Assembly (NCBI RefSeq): GCF_006345805.1
Contig: NC_042997.1
Coordinates: 184,016,001-184,080,000, forward strand
DNA from: Octopus sinensis
Lineage: Eukaryota
Direction: 5' to 3'
Length of the DNA: 64,000 bases
Shown here: piece by piece, positions 12,891 to 25,548 of the stretch
Layout: every line of letters starts with the position of its first letter
How positions within the stretch are numbered: position 1 is the stretch's first letter
Notes under the pieces: generated by a model
Told to the model about the DNA's origin: nothing
Database searches by the model: none
The model's input: the letters and a program-made list of their open reading frames with translations, nothing else
Translations under genes and position numbers: made by a program

Positions 12891-13799
12891 AGTGTCTTCT
12901 ACTATAACCTCAGGCTGACCAAAGCTTAGCGAGTGGATTTGGTATATGGAAACTAAAAGAAGCCCATTATGTGTGTGTGTATCTGTGTTTGTCCCCCACC
13001 ACTACTTGACAACCAGTGTTGTGTTTACATTTCCATAACTTAGCAGTTCAGCAAAAGAGACTGATAGTATAAGTACCAAGCTTAAAATAAGTACTGGTAT
13101 TGATCCATTTGACTAAAAATTCTTCAAGGTGATGCCCCAGCATGGCCACAATCTAATGATTGAAACAAGTAAAAGATAAAAGATTAGAGAAAGATACCTA
13201 GTTGTTTCTTGCAATAGATATGTCTGAGGGAAAATTTTTTCATGTACCTGTAAAATACTACCTTGGACCCCAATTTACTATTTTGATTGTATGGACCCTA
13301 AAAAAATGTTAATTCGGTTTAGAACCAATGCTCTAGAAATAGTGACCAAATCTCCTTCAAACTACATCACAGCTTGTTAAGATATGGGTGACATTTTACC
13401 GCCTGACTGGCCCCCGTGCCGGTGGTACGTAAAAAGCACCCACTACACTCTCGGAGTGGTTGGTGTTAGGAAGGGCATCCAGCTGTAGAAACTCTGTCAA
13501 ATCAAGATTGGAGCCTGGTGCAGCCATCTGGTTCACCAGTCCTCAATCAAATCGTCCAACCCATGCTAGCATGGAAAGTGGACATTAAACAATGATGATG
13601 ATGATGATGATTTTAGATAATATAATCTTATCTTTAAAAAAGAAATGGGATGGTCATGGATGGAATGTCTTTGATCGATAGGTTTGCTTGATCAGGACTG
13701 ATGTGTGGCCAAACAACAACTATTCTAATTTTTTTACAGTCTCATTTTGCCATAAAAAATTCCTGTAGTCACATTATGCTATAACATTAGAGAGGCAAG

Positions 13800-14640
13800 T
13801 TTTGTCTAGCGAATGTTTCAAAAAAAGATGGGTGAATGAAAGAAGGATGGCACGTATGAATGACGAAGCCACCTTGGAAATAATCCTATGAACCCGGAAA
13901 AATTTAAAACAGAGAGTTACTTACTTGCAAATAAATGTGTTAACATGTGACATTATTGACTGAGGTTACCGTGGTCTTTTCCATAGGCTTTTCTTTCCAT
14001 GGATAAACCTTATCTGCTTCCCCCTTTACACTTTACACCATGACATTTTGAATCTTTTCGGTTTGAATGGCAGTTTTTTCTAGCGGTGTCATATGAAATT
14101 GTCACCCATAATTATGACCCTGGTATCGATCTATTGCATTTCAATCTGTTTTAGGGTTAGGGTTAGTTAGGGTTAGGGGGGAAGGGTATCTTTTTTTCTT
14201 CAGAAATGTAAATAAACCCAATCTGTTTCTTAAACGAGGGACATATTCATACGGCACAATGTTTTCACCTCAATAGACGTCATTGATTGGTCGAAATTGC
14301 TGAAATTGAAGAAAAACAACAACAAATATCTTACAAACTATAGAATTTTCTCAATAAAGTCAAGAGAAAAAGATGTTTTATAAACACATTCTACCAGTAT
14401 ACGAAGTTTAAAAGTGGTTAGTTACCTAGAAATTACGTTAAAAAACTGCCATTCAAACCGAAAAGATCCGACATTTCTGTGATACACGATCCCTATTGAT
14501 CGTTTTTTTTTTTTGCTTTCCTTTTTACGATCCCCTTTGATCGAAAACCTACCCCACTTTTTTTTTTCTCCCCAAAAAGAAAAGCTCTATTTTGTAATTT
14601 GTCCCGTGTGTGTTCAACCCTGTGTGGCTAATAAAGAAAC
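13800..14640 (+). mobile_element. Tx1-like LINE 3' fragment interrupted by a MITE
   Basis: ECFKKRWVNERRMARMNDEATL resembles the ORF2 C-terminus at ~53320. The 3'UTR matches 53720-53960 and ends ccctgtgtggctaataaagaaa. Confidence 0.7.
14050..14469 (-). mobile_element. MITE with ~24-bp GG-start TIRs and 8-bp TSD (Merlin-like by inference)
   Basis: TIR G(G/A)ATCTTTTCGGTTTGAA(C/T)GGCAG; TSD GACATTTT/GACATTTC. Confidence 0.8.
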
Positions 14641-14949
14641 ATAATATTCTAGAATCACTAAACTACAATGAAATTATATTTACTTTATTTCTAAACTACA
14701 AAACTATTGCTTCTCTGCAGAATGGTAATGGTCAAGAGAGCATTCTTTGATTCTTTAGATGTGGTGTAGTCATGTATTACTGAGGTAGAGAGGATTTAAA
14801 AGAGAATTCTTTTTAGGCTATATTTTTGTTGAAACATTTTGGTAAATATAGAATTCTTAATGTTTACTGATATTTATTTGTAGTCGATGAAATAGTTTGC
14901 TGGCATCAACTGAGATAAATTACCGTTGTCTACTAATTCTTTGTTGCAG

Positions 14950-15067
14950 AAATTGGGAAATGTCTCTAATCAATTATTTGAACTACAGACTTGTTTGGAA
15001 GAAAAAAAACAAAAGATAGAGATTTTGGAAGGAGAGTTAAATAACCAAAAATCGGAATCTAAAGAAG
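14950..15067 (+). CDS. CCHCR1: CCHCR1-like coding exon
   Basis: ttgttgcag acceptor and gtaaaa donor. KLGNVSNQLFELQTCLEEKKQKIEILEGELNNQKSESKE is heptad-like. Phase 0 to phase 1. Confidence 0.8.
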
Positions 15068-15837
15068 GTAAAATAAAGAATAAATAAATAAAAAATAAAC
15101 AAAAAGAAGCTAAACAATTTTTTTTTTTTGTAATTTAGATTCAGTAAAATATATTTGTTTTGCTTTTTAACCATTTATTACAAGTTTATTACAGATACAT
15201 TGATAATAACAAATTTAAATCATGATACAATCAGAACTAATAAAATATGTTTCATTCACATAAATACATAGTTATTTAAAAAAAATTTTCTTGCAAGTTT
15301 TTCTGTGTAATTCTTTTAACTGATAACATGTATTTCTGTATAATTCTGGAGTCTGTGCATGACAACATTTCATTAGAAGTGTTTGTTTTTTAAAGAATTA
15401 TTGAAATATAAACAGATGTACAATTTCCTTCAGCAAGACAATATGATCATGATGATAATGATTGTTTTAACATCTATTTTTCCCATGTTTGCATGTGTCA
15501 GATGGAAATAGTTGACAAGGCAGATTTTCTATGATGGAAATTGTTGATAAGGTAGATTTTCTATGATGGGATGCCCTTCCTGTCACAAACCCTCATCTTA
15601 TTACTTTTCTTGTTTCCAAGGTAATAATTAATATTGCTTTGGACCTCCAATTTGCTAAAAAAAAAATCTTATTTGGACCCTGGTTTAGAACCTTTGCTCA
15701 AATTACATGAATAATAATTCTCTGTGGTTGCACACGTTTTCACAGAAGATTAGAAATGAATGACTCTGTTTGCATAAAGTCAAGACAAAGAGACAAACAA
15801 TCTTACAGGGACATACATAGACACACATACATAAATG

Positions 15838-16315
15838 TTTGCCAGCGCCGCCTCGACTGGCTTCTGTGCCGGTGGCACATAAAAAGCACCATCTAAACGT
15901 GGCCGATGCCAGCACCGCCTCGACTGGCTTCTGTGCCGGTGGCACATAAAAAGTACCATCCGAATGTGGCTGATGCCAGCACCGCCTCAACTGGCTTCTG
16001 TGCCGGTGGCACATAAAACGCACCATCCGAACGTGGCCGTTGCCAGCGCCGCCTTGGCTGGCTCCCGTGCCGGTGGCATGTTAAAAGCTCCATCCGATTG
16101 TGGCCGATGCCAGACTCCCCTGGCACCTGTGCAGGTGGCATGTAAAAAGCGCCCACTACACTCGCGGAGTGGTTGGCATTAGGAAGGGCATCCAGCTGTA
16201 GAAACACTGCCAGATCAGACTGGAGCCTGGTGCAGCCCTTGGCTTCTCAGACCCCGGTCGAACTGTCCAACCCGTGCTACCACGGAAAACGGATGCTAAA
16301 CGATGATGATGATGA
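15838..16315 (+). mobile_element. RTE-like LINE 3'UTR-only copy with 67-bp tandem hairpin units
   Basis: Units at 15841, 15908 and 15975, each with GTGCC-GGT-GGCAC, and an (ATG)n tail. Similar copies at ~1275, 2670, 5280, 9180, 13398, 21720, 22300, 24775, 26075, 30260, 31240, 34855 and 35910. Confidence 0.85.
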
Positions 16316-16328
16316 TACACACATACAT

Positions 16329-16375
<47 letters not shown>

Positions 16376-16709
16376 CCGCCTCCAACTTTTGGTTCATGCA
16401 ATTGAAAAATTCACATTATTTATGGGATGACCCAATATACACTTTATTTTCCCTACCTCATCTGCAATGGTTACTAAGCTAATTAGCTGTCCCACTGAAG
16501 CTCATCTGATGCATTCCTGTCACTTCTACTCTTTCTCACCTTGAATTTTGTTGTAAATACTTTAACCATCCCCCCCCCCCCGAACAAACTCTTGTCTATC
16601 TTTTCTCTACTTGCTAGCATCAATCTGCAAAAGTTAAATTTAATATAAATTGCAATTACTTCTCTAGTCTGGGAAGTTTTGCCGAAGTTCCTCATCTCTG
16701 GACCAAATA

Positions 16710-18197
16710 TCATCATCATCATCATCGTTTAACATCCGCTTTCCATGCTGGCATGGGTTGGATGCTTCAACTGAGGTCTGGGAAGCCAGAAGGCTGCACC
16801 AAGCCCAGTCTGATCTGGCAGTGTTTCTACAGCTGGATGCCCTTCCTAACACCAACCACTCCGTGAGTGTAGTGGGTGCTTTTTATGTGCCACCGGCACA
16901 GGTGCCAGACGAGGCTGGCAAACGGCCATGATTGGATGGTGCTTTTCACGTGCCACCGGCACGGGGACCAGACGAAGCTGGCAACGACCACGGTCGGATA
17001 GTGCTTTTTACGTGCCACCGGCATGGATGCCAGTCAGGCGGCGCTGGCTATGGACACGTTCGGATGGTTCTCTTACGTGCCACCGGCACTGGTATCACAG
17101 CTACAAATTCCATTGATGTTGACAGATTACGATTTTGATTTTCACTTGCCTCAACAGGTCTTCACAAGTGGAGTTTTGTGTCCCAAAAAGGAAAGGAATG
17201 CATAAGTTGGCTGGCTACATCCCAGGTATAGGCCACGGGATTATAGCCTCACCTGTCCTGCTGGGTCTTCTCATGCACAGCATACTTCCAAAGGTCTCAG
17301 TCTCTAGTCATTTCCTCGGCGAGACCTAAAGTTTGAAGGTCGTGCTTCACCACCTCGTCCCAGGTTTTCCTGGGTCTACCTCTTCCACAGGTTCCCTCAA
17401 CCGCTAGGGTGTGGCACTTTTTCACACAACTATCTTCAGCCATTCTCGCCACATGACCATACCAGCGCAAACGTCTCTCTTGCACACCACAACTGATGCT
17501 TCTTAGGTCCAACTTTTCTCTTAAAGTACTTACACTCTGTCGAGTATGAACACTGACATTACACATCCATCGGAGCATACTGGCTTCATTTCTTGAAAGC
17601 TTACACATATCCTCAGCAGTCATGGCCCATGTTTCACTGCGATGTAGCATAGCTGTTCATACACATGCGTCATACAATCTGCCTTTTACTCTGAGCGAGA
17701 GGCCTTTTGTCACCAGCAGGGGTAAGAGCTCTCTGAACTTTGCCCAGGCTATTCTTACTCTAGCAGTTACACTTTCAGCACACCCACCCCCGCTACTGAC
17801 TTGGTCACCTAGGTAGCGGAAGCTATCAACTATTTCTAGTTTTTCTCCCTGGAATGTGGCGGAAGATGGTCTCTGCGTATTTTCAGTGTTTATTGCTACC
17901 GAGCATCTGCCACATACAAAAACTATCTTCCTAGTTAGCCTTCCTTTGACATTGCTGCACCTCTTATGTGTCCATAGCTTACACTTGGTGCATCTTATAG
18001 AGTTTCTACCTACGCCTTTTCTACAGATCGAGCAGGGCCATCTACCTGAGGGTGTTTGTGATTTGTGTACCTTCCTACTTATTAGAATTTTGGTTTTAGC
18101 TAGGTTGACTCTAAGGCCCTTCGATTCTAATCCTTGCTTCCACACCTGAAACCTCTCCTCCAGTTCTGATAGTGACTCAGCAATTAGGGCAAGGTCA
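16710..18197 (-). mobile_element. 5'-truncated RTE-like LINE (end of RT, PHD-like finger, C-terminal domain, 3'UTR, (ATG)n tail)
   Basis: DLALIAE...WKQGLESKGLRVNLAKTK...DSFRYLG...RLRWYGHVARM...GRGRPRKTW. Confidence 0.9.
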
Positions 18198-18794
18198 AAA
18201 AATGTAAATGTAGTAAATTAAATTTTTAGATTTATATTTTTATTAATACCAAACCTAAATAGTTATACTAGGATAACCTTGGAATGTATGTCTAAATTAG
18301 CCGCATTTTATCACAGAATTATAATTAAGAATTGATTGCTTTCTTTTGCTGAGGTGGTTTATATTTTAGATCAATATTTAATTCAGGAATCCCGTTTCCT
18401 ATCATTTTAATTTAATTGTATGTTATTATTTTAATTCTCTAGTACAGTAGCTTCTTTTTATTAGAAGTTATTTAATGATGCATAGATGAAGGATCACAAA
18501 AATTTATTAAAACTGGATTTTCCAATTGTAAATTACATTACAATTAAACTAAACAGTCATTCAGTCTCTCAACAGCTGAATTTAATGATATAAAAATGCA
18601 GAAAATGATAACCGTTCTTTTGAAACTCAATTAGCATAAATGTTATGTAACCGAATCTAAATTTGTAGTATTCCATGCAATTGTCCATAAACGGCATAGA
18701 ATTAAACTGCTTTAAATTTTCTTTTTCACACACACTTCTTGAGTCCTATTACAGTTTGAAATTAATATTCAGCAATTCTTTTACAATCTGTCAG

Positions 18795-18896
18795 CTTTGC
18801 GAAACCAAGAAAGGGTTCATGATGAAATATTGGTAAAGCAGGTCTCTGAAATGGATGAGAAATTGAATGAAGCTCGAAGAGAACATATGAAAGCAG
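18795..18896 (+). CDS. CCHCR1: CCHCR1-like coding exon
   Basis: ctgtcag acceptor and gtgaaa donor. ALRNQERVHDEILVKQVSEMDEKLNEARREHMKA matches the vertebrate CCHCR1 motif I recall as RLNEARREHAKAV. Phase 1 to phase 1. Confidence 0.88.
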
Positions 18897-19052
18897 GTGA
18901 AAATTATTAGTTTTTTTCCTTCATAATCATTGTTGCTTTGTTTGAGAACTTATTTTCATTGGTAAAGATTTTCAAAGTACGATAGGTAAAGATGGTAGAG
19001 AATTATAGTAAGTTACCTTGTGGCATCTAGTTCTGTGACTCACTGTTCTGAG

Positions 19053-19459
19053 TTTATTACCTCCGCCACGGAAGGAGGTTATGTTTTCATTGGCGTTGGT
19101 TTGTCTGTCTGTTCGTCTGTGTGCAAAATAACTCAAAAAGTTGTGAACGATATTTGATGTAACTTGCAGGAAAAGTTGGTAATGACACAAGGAACAGATG
19201 ATGAAATTTTGGTAGTGATCCGTGAATTTTTATGGATTCTTGAAGGATTTTTCATTTGTTATATTTACTTTACATGAAGTATTACAATGTTACGTTCTTT
19301 GATTGTCTTCCTTGAAAATATGTTCATCGTTTCCACGTAACTATGGTGGCGTTGCTGTTTCCAAAATTTATTTTCGTTTCTCTATTAGTAATTTTACTTG
19401 CGTATCTATCTTAAAATGAACTTGGCAGAGGTCTGCACTCTCCGAGTGCTTTTCTAGTT
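19053..19459 (+). mobile_element. Helentron-associated non-autonomous element (DINE-1/HINE-like)
   Basis: TTATTACCTCCGCCA subterminal IR pairs with TTGGCAGAGG; GTCT microsatellite; 3' hairpin GCACTCTCCGAGTGC followed by TTTTCTAGTT. Confidence 0.7.
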
Positions 19460-19528
19460 TCATTTTATGATCAACTTTATTTTTGATTCATAAGATGGTG
19501 AACAAGTCAATGAATCAAGTTTCTTTAA

Positions 19529-19753
19529 CCCTTTAGAGTTTAAATTACTCTGTCAAATGTAAAGCTAAGCTTATTTATTCATATTGTTTTGAATTAGTCA
19601 TGTATTATCTCAAAGCTATGAGATTTCAATAATGTGATTGTCTATATTTAGGAAGACATTGTAGGGTATGCATGAGAGGCTAGACCTGGCTAGTTTGAAC
19701 TTAAAACAGGAGGCATGTTTGGGTTGGATATAGCCGAATTAAATGCTAAAGGG
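19529..19753 (-). mobile_element. piggyBac-type MITE, family 1
   Basis: TTAA|CCCTTTAG...CTAAAGGG|TTAA. Confidence 0.85.
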
Positions 19754-19835
19754 TTAATATATTGTGGATTATGGTTGATTAGATTGTTATGCTTGCTATG
19801 CCCATCTATTACTTTATATTACAGGTACGTATTTC

Positions 19836-20762
19836 ATCATCATCATCATCATCATCATCATTTAGCGTCCGTTTTCCATGCTAGCATGGGTTGGACGGTT
19901 CTATGGGGTCTGTGAAGCCAGAAGGCTATCAGGCCCAGTCAAATCTGGCAGTGTTTCTACGGCTGGATGCCCTTCCTAACGCCAACCACTCCGTGAGTGT
20001 AGTGGGTGCTTTTTACGTGCACCCGCACTGGTGCCAGACAGAGCTGCAAACGGCCACGAACGGATGGTGCTTTTTTTGTGCCACCGGCACGAGGGCCAGG
20101 CGAGGCTGGCAACGGACACGAAACGGGCGTGCTGGCAACGGTCGCGAAACGGAAAGTTCTCTTACATGCCACCGGCACGGTAACACATCTGCAATTTCCA
20201 TTGATCGATTTCCATTGATCGATTTCGATTCTGATCCTCACTTGCCTCAATGGGTCTTCACAAGCAGAGTTTCGACATGCCACCGGCACTGGTAGCACAT
20301 CCGCAATTTCCATTGATCGATTTCGATTCTGATCCTCACTTGCCTCAACAACGTCTTCACAAGTAGAGTTTTGTGTCCCAAGAGGGAAGGTATGCTACGT
20401 AGGCTGGCTCCATCCCATGAGAAGGCCACGGGTTGTGGACTCACTTGTCCTGCCGGGTCTTCTCGCGCACAGCACACTTCCAGAGGTCTCGGTCTCTAGT
20501 CATTTCCTCATGAGACCTAAAGTTCGAAGGTCGTGCTTCACCACCTCGTCCCAGGTTTTCCTGGGTCTGCCTCTTCCACAGGTTCCCTCAACCGCTAGGG
20601 TGTGGCACTTTTTCACACAACTATCTTCATCCATTCTCGCCACATGACCATACCAGCGCAAACGTCTCTCTTGCACACCACAACTGATGCTTCTTAGGTC
20701 CAGCTTTTCTCTCAAGGTACTTACACTCTGCCGAGTGTGAGTACCGGCATTACACATCCATC
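19836..20762 (-). mobile_element. 5'-truncated RTE-like LINE 3' end with a ~115-bp internal tandem duplication in the UTR
   Basis: ORF 20500-20757 is nearly identical to 17297-17600. The segment tttccattgatcgatttcg...ttcacaag is repeated at ~20208 and ~20308. Confidence 0.9.
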
Positions 20763-20869
20763 ATATATATATATATATATATATATAAAAGGTAACCTCT
20801 TTATCAAGAGAAGGAAGTTTATTTTGTCAATTTATTTGATTTTATATTATTATTGTTTTATATTACTAT

Positions 20870-21270
20870 GTATATCTGGGTTTTAGGAAAGATACACTGT
20901 ATCTCTTCATGTCTTAAGAAGCAGCTAAAAGGGCTGTCATTCGGAGCACCCTCTGACTATAAAACACTGCTTCAGAATGAAACTATACCAACATCAAGTT
21001 TAAAAAATTATCCTAAGCTGAGACCTCATACCATATGCTTCTTACTAAATCAGACTTACAACCACATAAAGACATTATGATACAACTATTTTGCCTTGAC
21101 TGGCTCTACATTATTTAATCTTATGTTAAAAGGAATCAAGAAAAAAAAGACCCTAACCTTCAAGCAGTACCTAGACAAATTCCTCCAGATAATACCAGAC
21201 AAATTGCTTATATCTGGATATATTTTGTCCAACAGTAACTACTTTCTTGAGTGGGCTATGGTGACATATA
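20870..21270 (+). mobile_element. CR1-group LINE 3' fragment, degenerate
   Basis: FKQYLDKFLQIIPDKLLISGY...SN is a typical CR1/Crack-type C-terminal motif. Confidence 0.55.
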
Positions 21271-21539
21271 ACATGACCTAGTTATGATTTTTTTATGGTG
21301 GTGCTACGAAGTTCATAACATATCTAGGCTTATATGTACATACAAATGTACATACACAGACATGCAGGAAGTAAATAGACTGCGTGGTACCTTGGGCAAG
21401 TGTCTTCCACTGTAGCCTCGGGCCGACCAAAGCCTTGTGAGTGGATTTGGTAGACAGAAACTGAAAGAAGCCTGTTGTATCTAAGCCTCAGATTGCCCAA
21501 CAATACGACCTCTTTGAAAATCTGACAGTTCTGCTGAAT

Positions 21540-22981
21540 TTTTTGTGTGTGGCATGGTTTCTATGTGCAAATGTTTAATATAATGGCACCTGGAATGAAA
21601 AAGAATAATTACATTGTAAATTCTACACTGCTGAAAACATATTAAGATGTTTAGATCAGAAATTTTGAAAATTAAAGGTGTCTATTTACTTCCTGCATGT
21701 CTGTGTACATATACATGCATCATCATCATCATCATTTAACATCTGTTGCCCATGCTGGCATGGGTTGGACGGTTTGACCAGAGCTGACAAGCTGGGGATC
21801 TGCACCAGACTCCAGTCTGATTTGGTATGCTTTCTACAGCTGAATGTTTTTTTACGTGGTACCTATACAAGCAAGGGCAGTTTTGGATGCCCTGCCAAGT
21901 GCTAACCACTTCACAGCGTGGACTGGATGCTTTTTATGTGACACCAGCACAGGTAGGGTCACCAAATAACTTGCAAGACAAGGAATTTTTGAGAGGGGAG
22001 GGGGCATAGGAAGAGCCACTGCTGCTGCCACCAATGCTGCTACTGCTTTTTGTGTTTATTATTTTGTTTTTCTGTTACTGATGGGTTAGAACTTCACTCA
22101 GATTTCATGTCAAAAGATATCTCTTCTCACCTGTGGATAGAATGCCCTTCAAGCAATGGTTTGAAGATTTAAAAAACAAATGGAAAAAAAGCATGCTTCA
22201 TTATACCCAATCCCCTAAGGCTTTTAATTTGTACTTCTTATGACATATATTTAAGAGTTATATGCCAAGAGATTCTAGTCTTGCAGGCTTGTGTATGCTG
22301 ATGTCCCATAAAAGTACCCATGGTGGTGCCATATAAAAGAGCCCATACCAATGCCATTTAAAAACACCCAGTACACTCTGTAAAGAGCATCCAATCATAG
22401 AAACCATACCAAAACAGACAAATCAAGCCTGAGCTGTCTTTGATTTGGTCAGCTCCTGCCAAACCTCCCAATCCATGCCAGCATGGAGAGCAGATATTAA
22501 AAGATGATGATGATGTGGTCAGAACTAATAAATGTTGTATATGTGTTCTTGCTGACACAGCTTGATACAGAAACAAAATATGGATTGTAGAGCTTTTATC
22601 CAGCTGTGAATTTCTTTGTCAGTCAGATTAAAAGACCAAAAAAAAAAAAAAGAAAAAAAAAAGACCTTTTGTGTGTGGCATGGTTTCTATGTGCAAATGT
22701 TTAATATAATGGCACCTGGAATGGAAAAGAATAATTACATTGTAAATTCTACACTGCTGAAAACATATTAAGACGTTTAGAAATTTTGAAAATTAAAGGT
22801 GTCTATTTACTTCCTGCATGTCTGTGTACATATACATGCATCATCATCATCATCATTTAACATCTGTTGCCCATGCTGGCATGGGTTGGACGGTTTGACC
22901 AGAGCTGACAAGCTGGGGATCTGCACCAGACTCCAGTCTGATTTGGTATGCTTTCTACAGCTGAATGTTTTTTACGTGGTA
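21540..22981 (+). repeat. ~315-bp direct duplication (21540-21861 and 22667-22981)
   Basis: Near-identical unique intron sequence plus an RTE-tail piece; both copies end gaatgttttttacgtggtac. Confidence 0.9.
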
Positions 22982-23059
22982 CTTTCTCTCATGTTTTGAA
23001 ATCCATAGCCTTGTTTATGATTCAAAGAATGACATTTCTTATTCATTGCATTTTTACAG

Positions 23060-23211
23060 TAATCTCACTGCAGCAGAAAGACAGACAGCTTGACAGAGAA
23101 AAGGGGCAGTTAGGGCAGCAAATGGAAAAACTCGAGGCTCATCTCAAGTATCAAGTTACAGAATTAGAAAAAGAACTGCAAACAGTGAAGTCAGAAAGAA
23201 ATCTAATTATG
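23060..23211 (+). CDS. CCHCR1: CCHCR1-like coding exon
   Basis: tttttacag acceptor and gtgaga donor. VISLQQKDRQLDREK...ELQTVKSERNLIM parallels CCHCR1 VVSLRQIQR...LERDKNLML. Phase 1 to phase 0. Confidence 0.88.
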
Positions 23212-23240
23212 GTGAGACTTGTTCAATCTACCTAAATTAA

Positions 23241-23457
23241 CCCTTTCAATACCAACCCATCAAAGACTGATTCTGGTTCTATGATACAAACTTCATGTTT
23301 TAAAGTGATTTGAACTAAAACCATACATCAAAATTTCATGTTAATTTATATTCCAAATACTAGCTTAATAAAGACATGGCTATTTTGCTAAATTCTTTAT
23401 TATTTTCAACATTAATTGAAATAAAAACTGTTTCAAAAACAATATGGTAACAATGGG
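23241..23457 (+). mobile_element. piggyBac-type MITE, family 2
   Basis: TTAA|CCCTTTCAATACC...GGTAACAATGGG|TTAC. A related copy lies at 35519-35751. Confidence 0.7.
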
Positions 23458-23489
23458 TTACATAGAAAGTAATACTCCCTTTTTACACT

Positions 23490-23870
23490 TTTACTTGTTT
23501 CAGTCATGTGACTGTGGCCATGCTGGAGCACTGCCTTTAGTCGAGCAAATCAACCCCGGGACTTATTCTTTGTATGCCTAGTACTTATTCTATCACTCTC
23601 TTTTGCCGAACAGCTAAGTTATGGAGACATAAACACACCAGCATCAGTTGTCAAGCGATGTTGGGACGACAAACACAGACACACATACACACATATGTAT
23701 ACATATTTACGACGGGCTTCTTTCAGTTTCCGTCTACCAAATCCACTCACAAGGCTTTGGTCAGCCCGAGGCTATAATAGAAGACATTTGCCCAAGGTGC
23801 CACACAGTGGGACTGAACCCAGAACCATGTGGTTGGCAAGCAAGCTACTTACCACACAGCCACTCCTCCC
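23490..23870 (-). mobile_element. SINE family A, full length
   Basis: Same head, core and tail as 862-1270. Confidence 0.85.
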
Positions 23871-25548
23871 CCTATGATTGATTTTTCTTTTAATACTTCA
23901 GTTTATCTTATTATTATGTTATAAAGCTGAAGTAAAATTATTAATAAATATCACTGAATCAAAGTGTTTATGGCTAGTTGATCTGTGTGTTGGTAGCTGG
24001 TCTTTATTTGATGAAATAGGACAAGGAATGGAAGATTGCCTTGCTGTATTTATTCATGTATCTTTATGTTCTGAACAGAAATCTTGCCAGGTCAACTTTG
24101 CCTTTCATTCTACTGTTGTTGATTGAGTAGGTACTTATCCAGTACTTCATTAAAAAAACGTTAGTCTGCCTTGAACCTGTAGGCTAATCAGAGTAGAGCT
24201 TATTGTAGTCTACATGATGTTTGAGCCACTGAAAGTACAAGACTCTCCCTGAATGGGATGTCAGTAAGGTTATCCCCTCTCCAGCTGCTACTGCTGTTGG
24301 TACTCACTTTTAGCTAGTGGATTGAGGGAATATAAAATGAAGTGCTTTATTCAAAGATACAATGCACTGTTTAGTTTGAGAATCAGACCCATGATCTGCC
24401 AATCATGAGCTCAGCAAGCCCAACTACTTGGCCACATGTGTTCAAGTGCTGGAACTGATTAAATCAACAGTCTCCCCATGTCTCTTAAATGTAAGGCATT
24501 GTGTTAATGTTAAAAATTCTTATTTGGTCTAAGGAGAAAATTCAGTGATTATAGATTTTCTAGGTTCTCATAGATCAAGATTTAGTGTTGCTGGTTAGTA
24601 CTTAGAGCATGGGTTGCAGTTGTGGTTGAGAATAATTTGAAAATATGCTTAATGTGAGGTTGGGAGAGCAGACATATTGGGGAGGTGATAGGTAGAAAGA
24701 AAGTTAGGGGCATTGAGTGAGTTAAAATCAATCGGTTTTTATGACAAAGTGTTTCTGATTTATTAAGCATGTTCGTGATTGTTACCAGCGTTACCTTACT
24801 GGCACTTGTGCCGGGGGCACGTGAAAAAACATTCGAGCGAGGTCATTGCTAGTACCGCTGGACTGGTACCTGTGCAGGTGGCATGTAAAAAACACCATTT
24901 GAGTCTGGTCGTTGCCAGTACGGCCTGACTGGCCCTTGTGCTGGTGGCATGTAAAAGCACCCACTACACTCTCGGAGTGGTTGGCATTAGGAAGGGCATC
25001 CAGCTGTAGAAACTCTGGCAGATTAGATTGGAGCCTGGTACAGCCATCTGGTTTGCCAGTCCTCAGTCAAATCGTCCAACCCATGCTAGCATGGAAAGCA
25101 GACATTAAACTATGATGATGATAATGTTCCCTTAACACTTGCAGTAAATTTTGAGTGGTTGAGTTAATGAACTGCTTACCATTAGGCATATATTTAATAA
25201 ACTCTAGTAGACATTTTTTGTGGCCGTCACCTCAGTCAAATGGAGATGGAATGGAAAGGTTAAAAATGGTTGTAAAAACTAACAAAAGATATAAAAAGTA
25301 AAGGAAGATTTTTCAGTTTGAAATATAGTTACTCTTAATATAGATATTTATACATTGTTTGTTTTAATGTATATTAAATGTAGAAACCTATACATTGGTT
25401 ATTTGATGTATATTAAATGTAGACATTATATAAAATGTTAAATAACAATTTAAATTCTTGTCATTTAAAAGTAATTTCTTTTTTTAGCACTAAAATGAAA
25501 TAACATTCTATTTTAGCATGAATGGTAATCAATTTGTTTATTCTCTAG

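Noticed and set aside
14721-14770. Strong acceptor ttctctgcag upstream of the exon at 14950
   Set aside because: The required phase-0 frame stops after nine codons and there is no good donor.
23574-23881. Recurrent peptides such as GFFQFPSTKSTHKALVGPRL and RASFSFRLPNPLTRLWSAR
   Set aside because: These are chance frames of SINE family A that recur in every copy; they are not genes.
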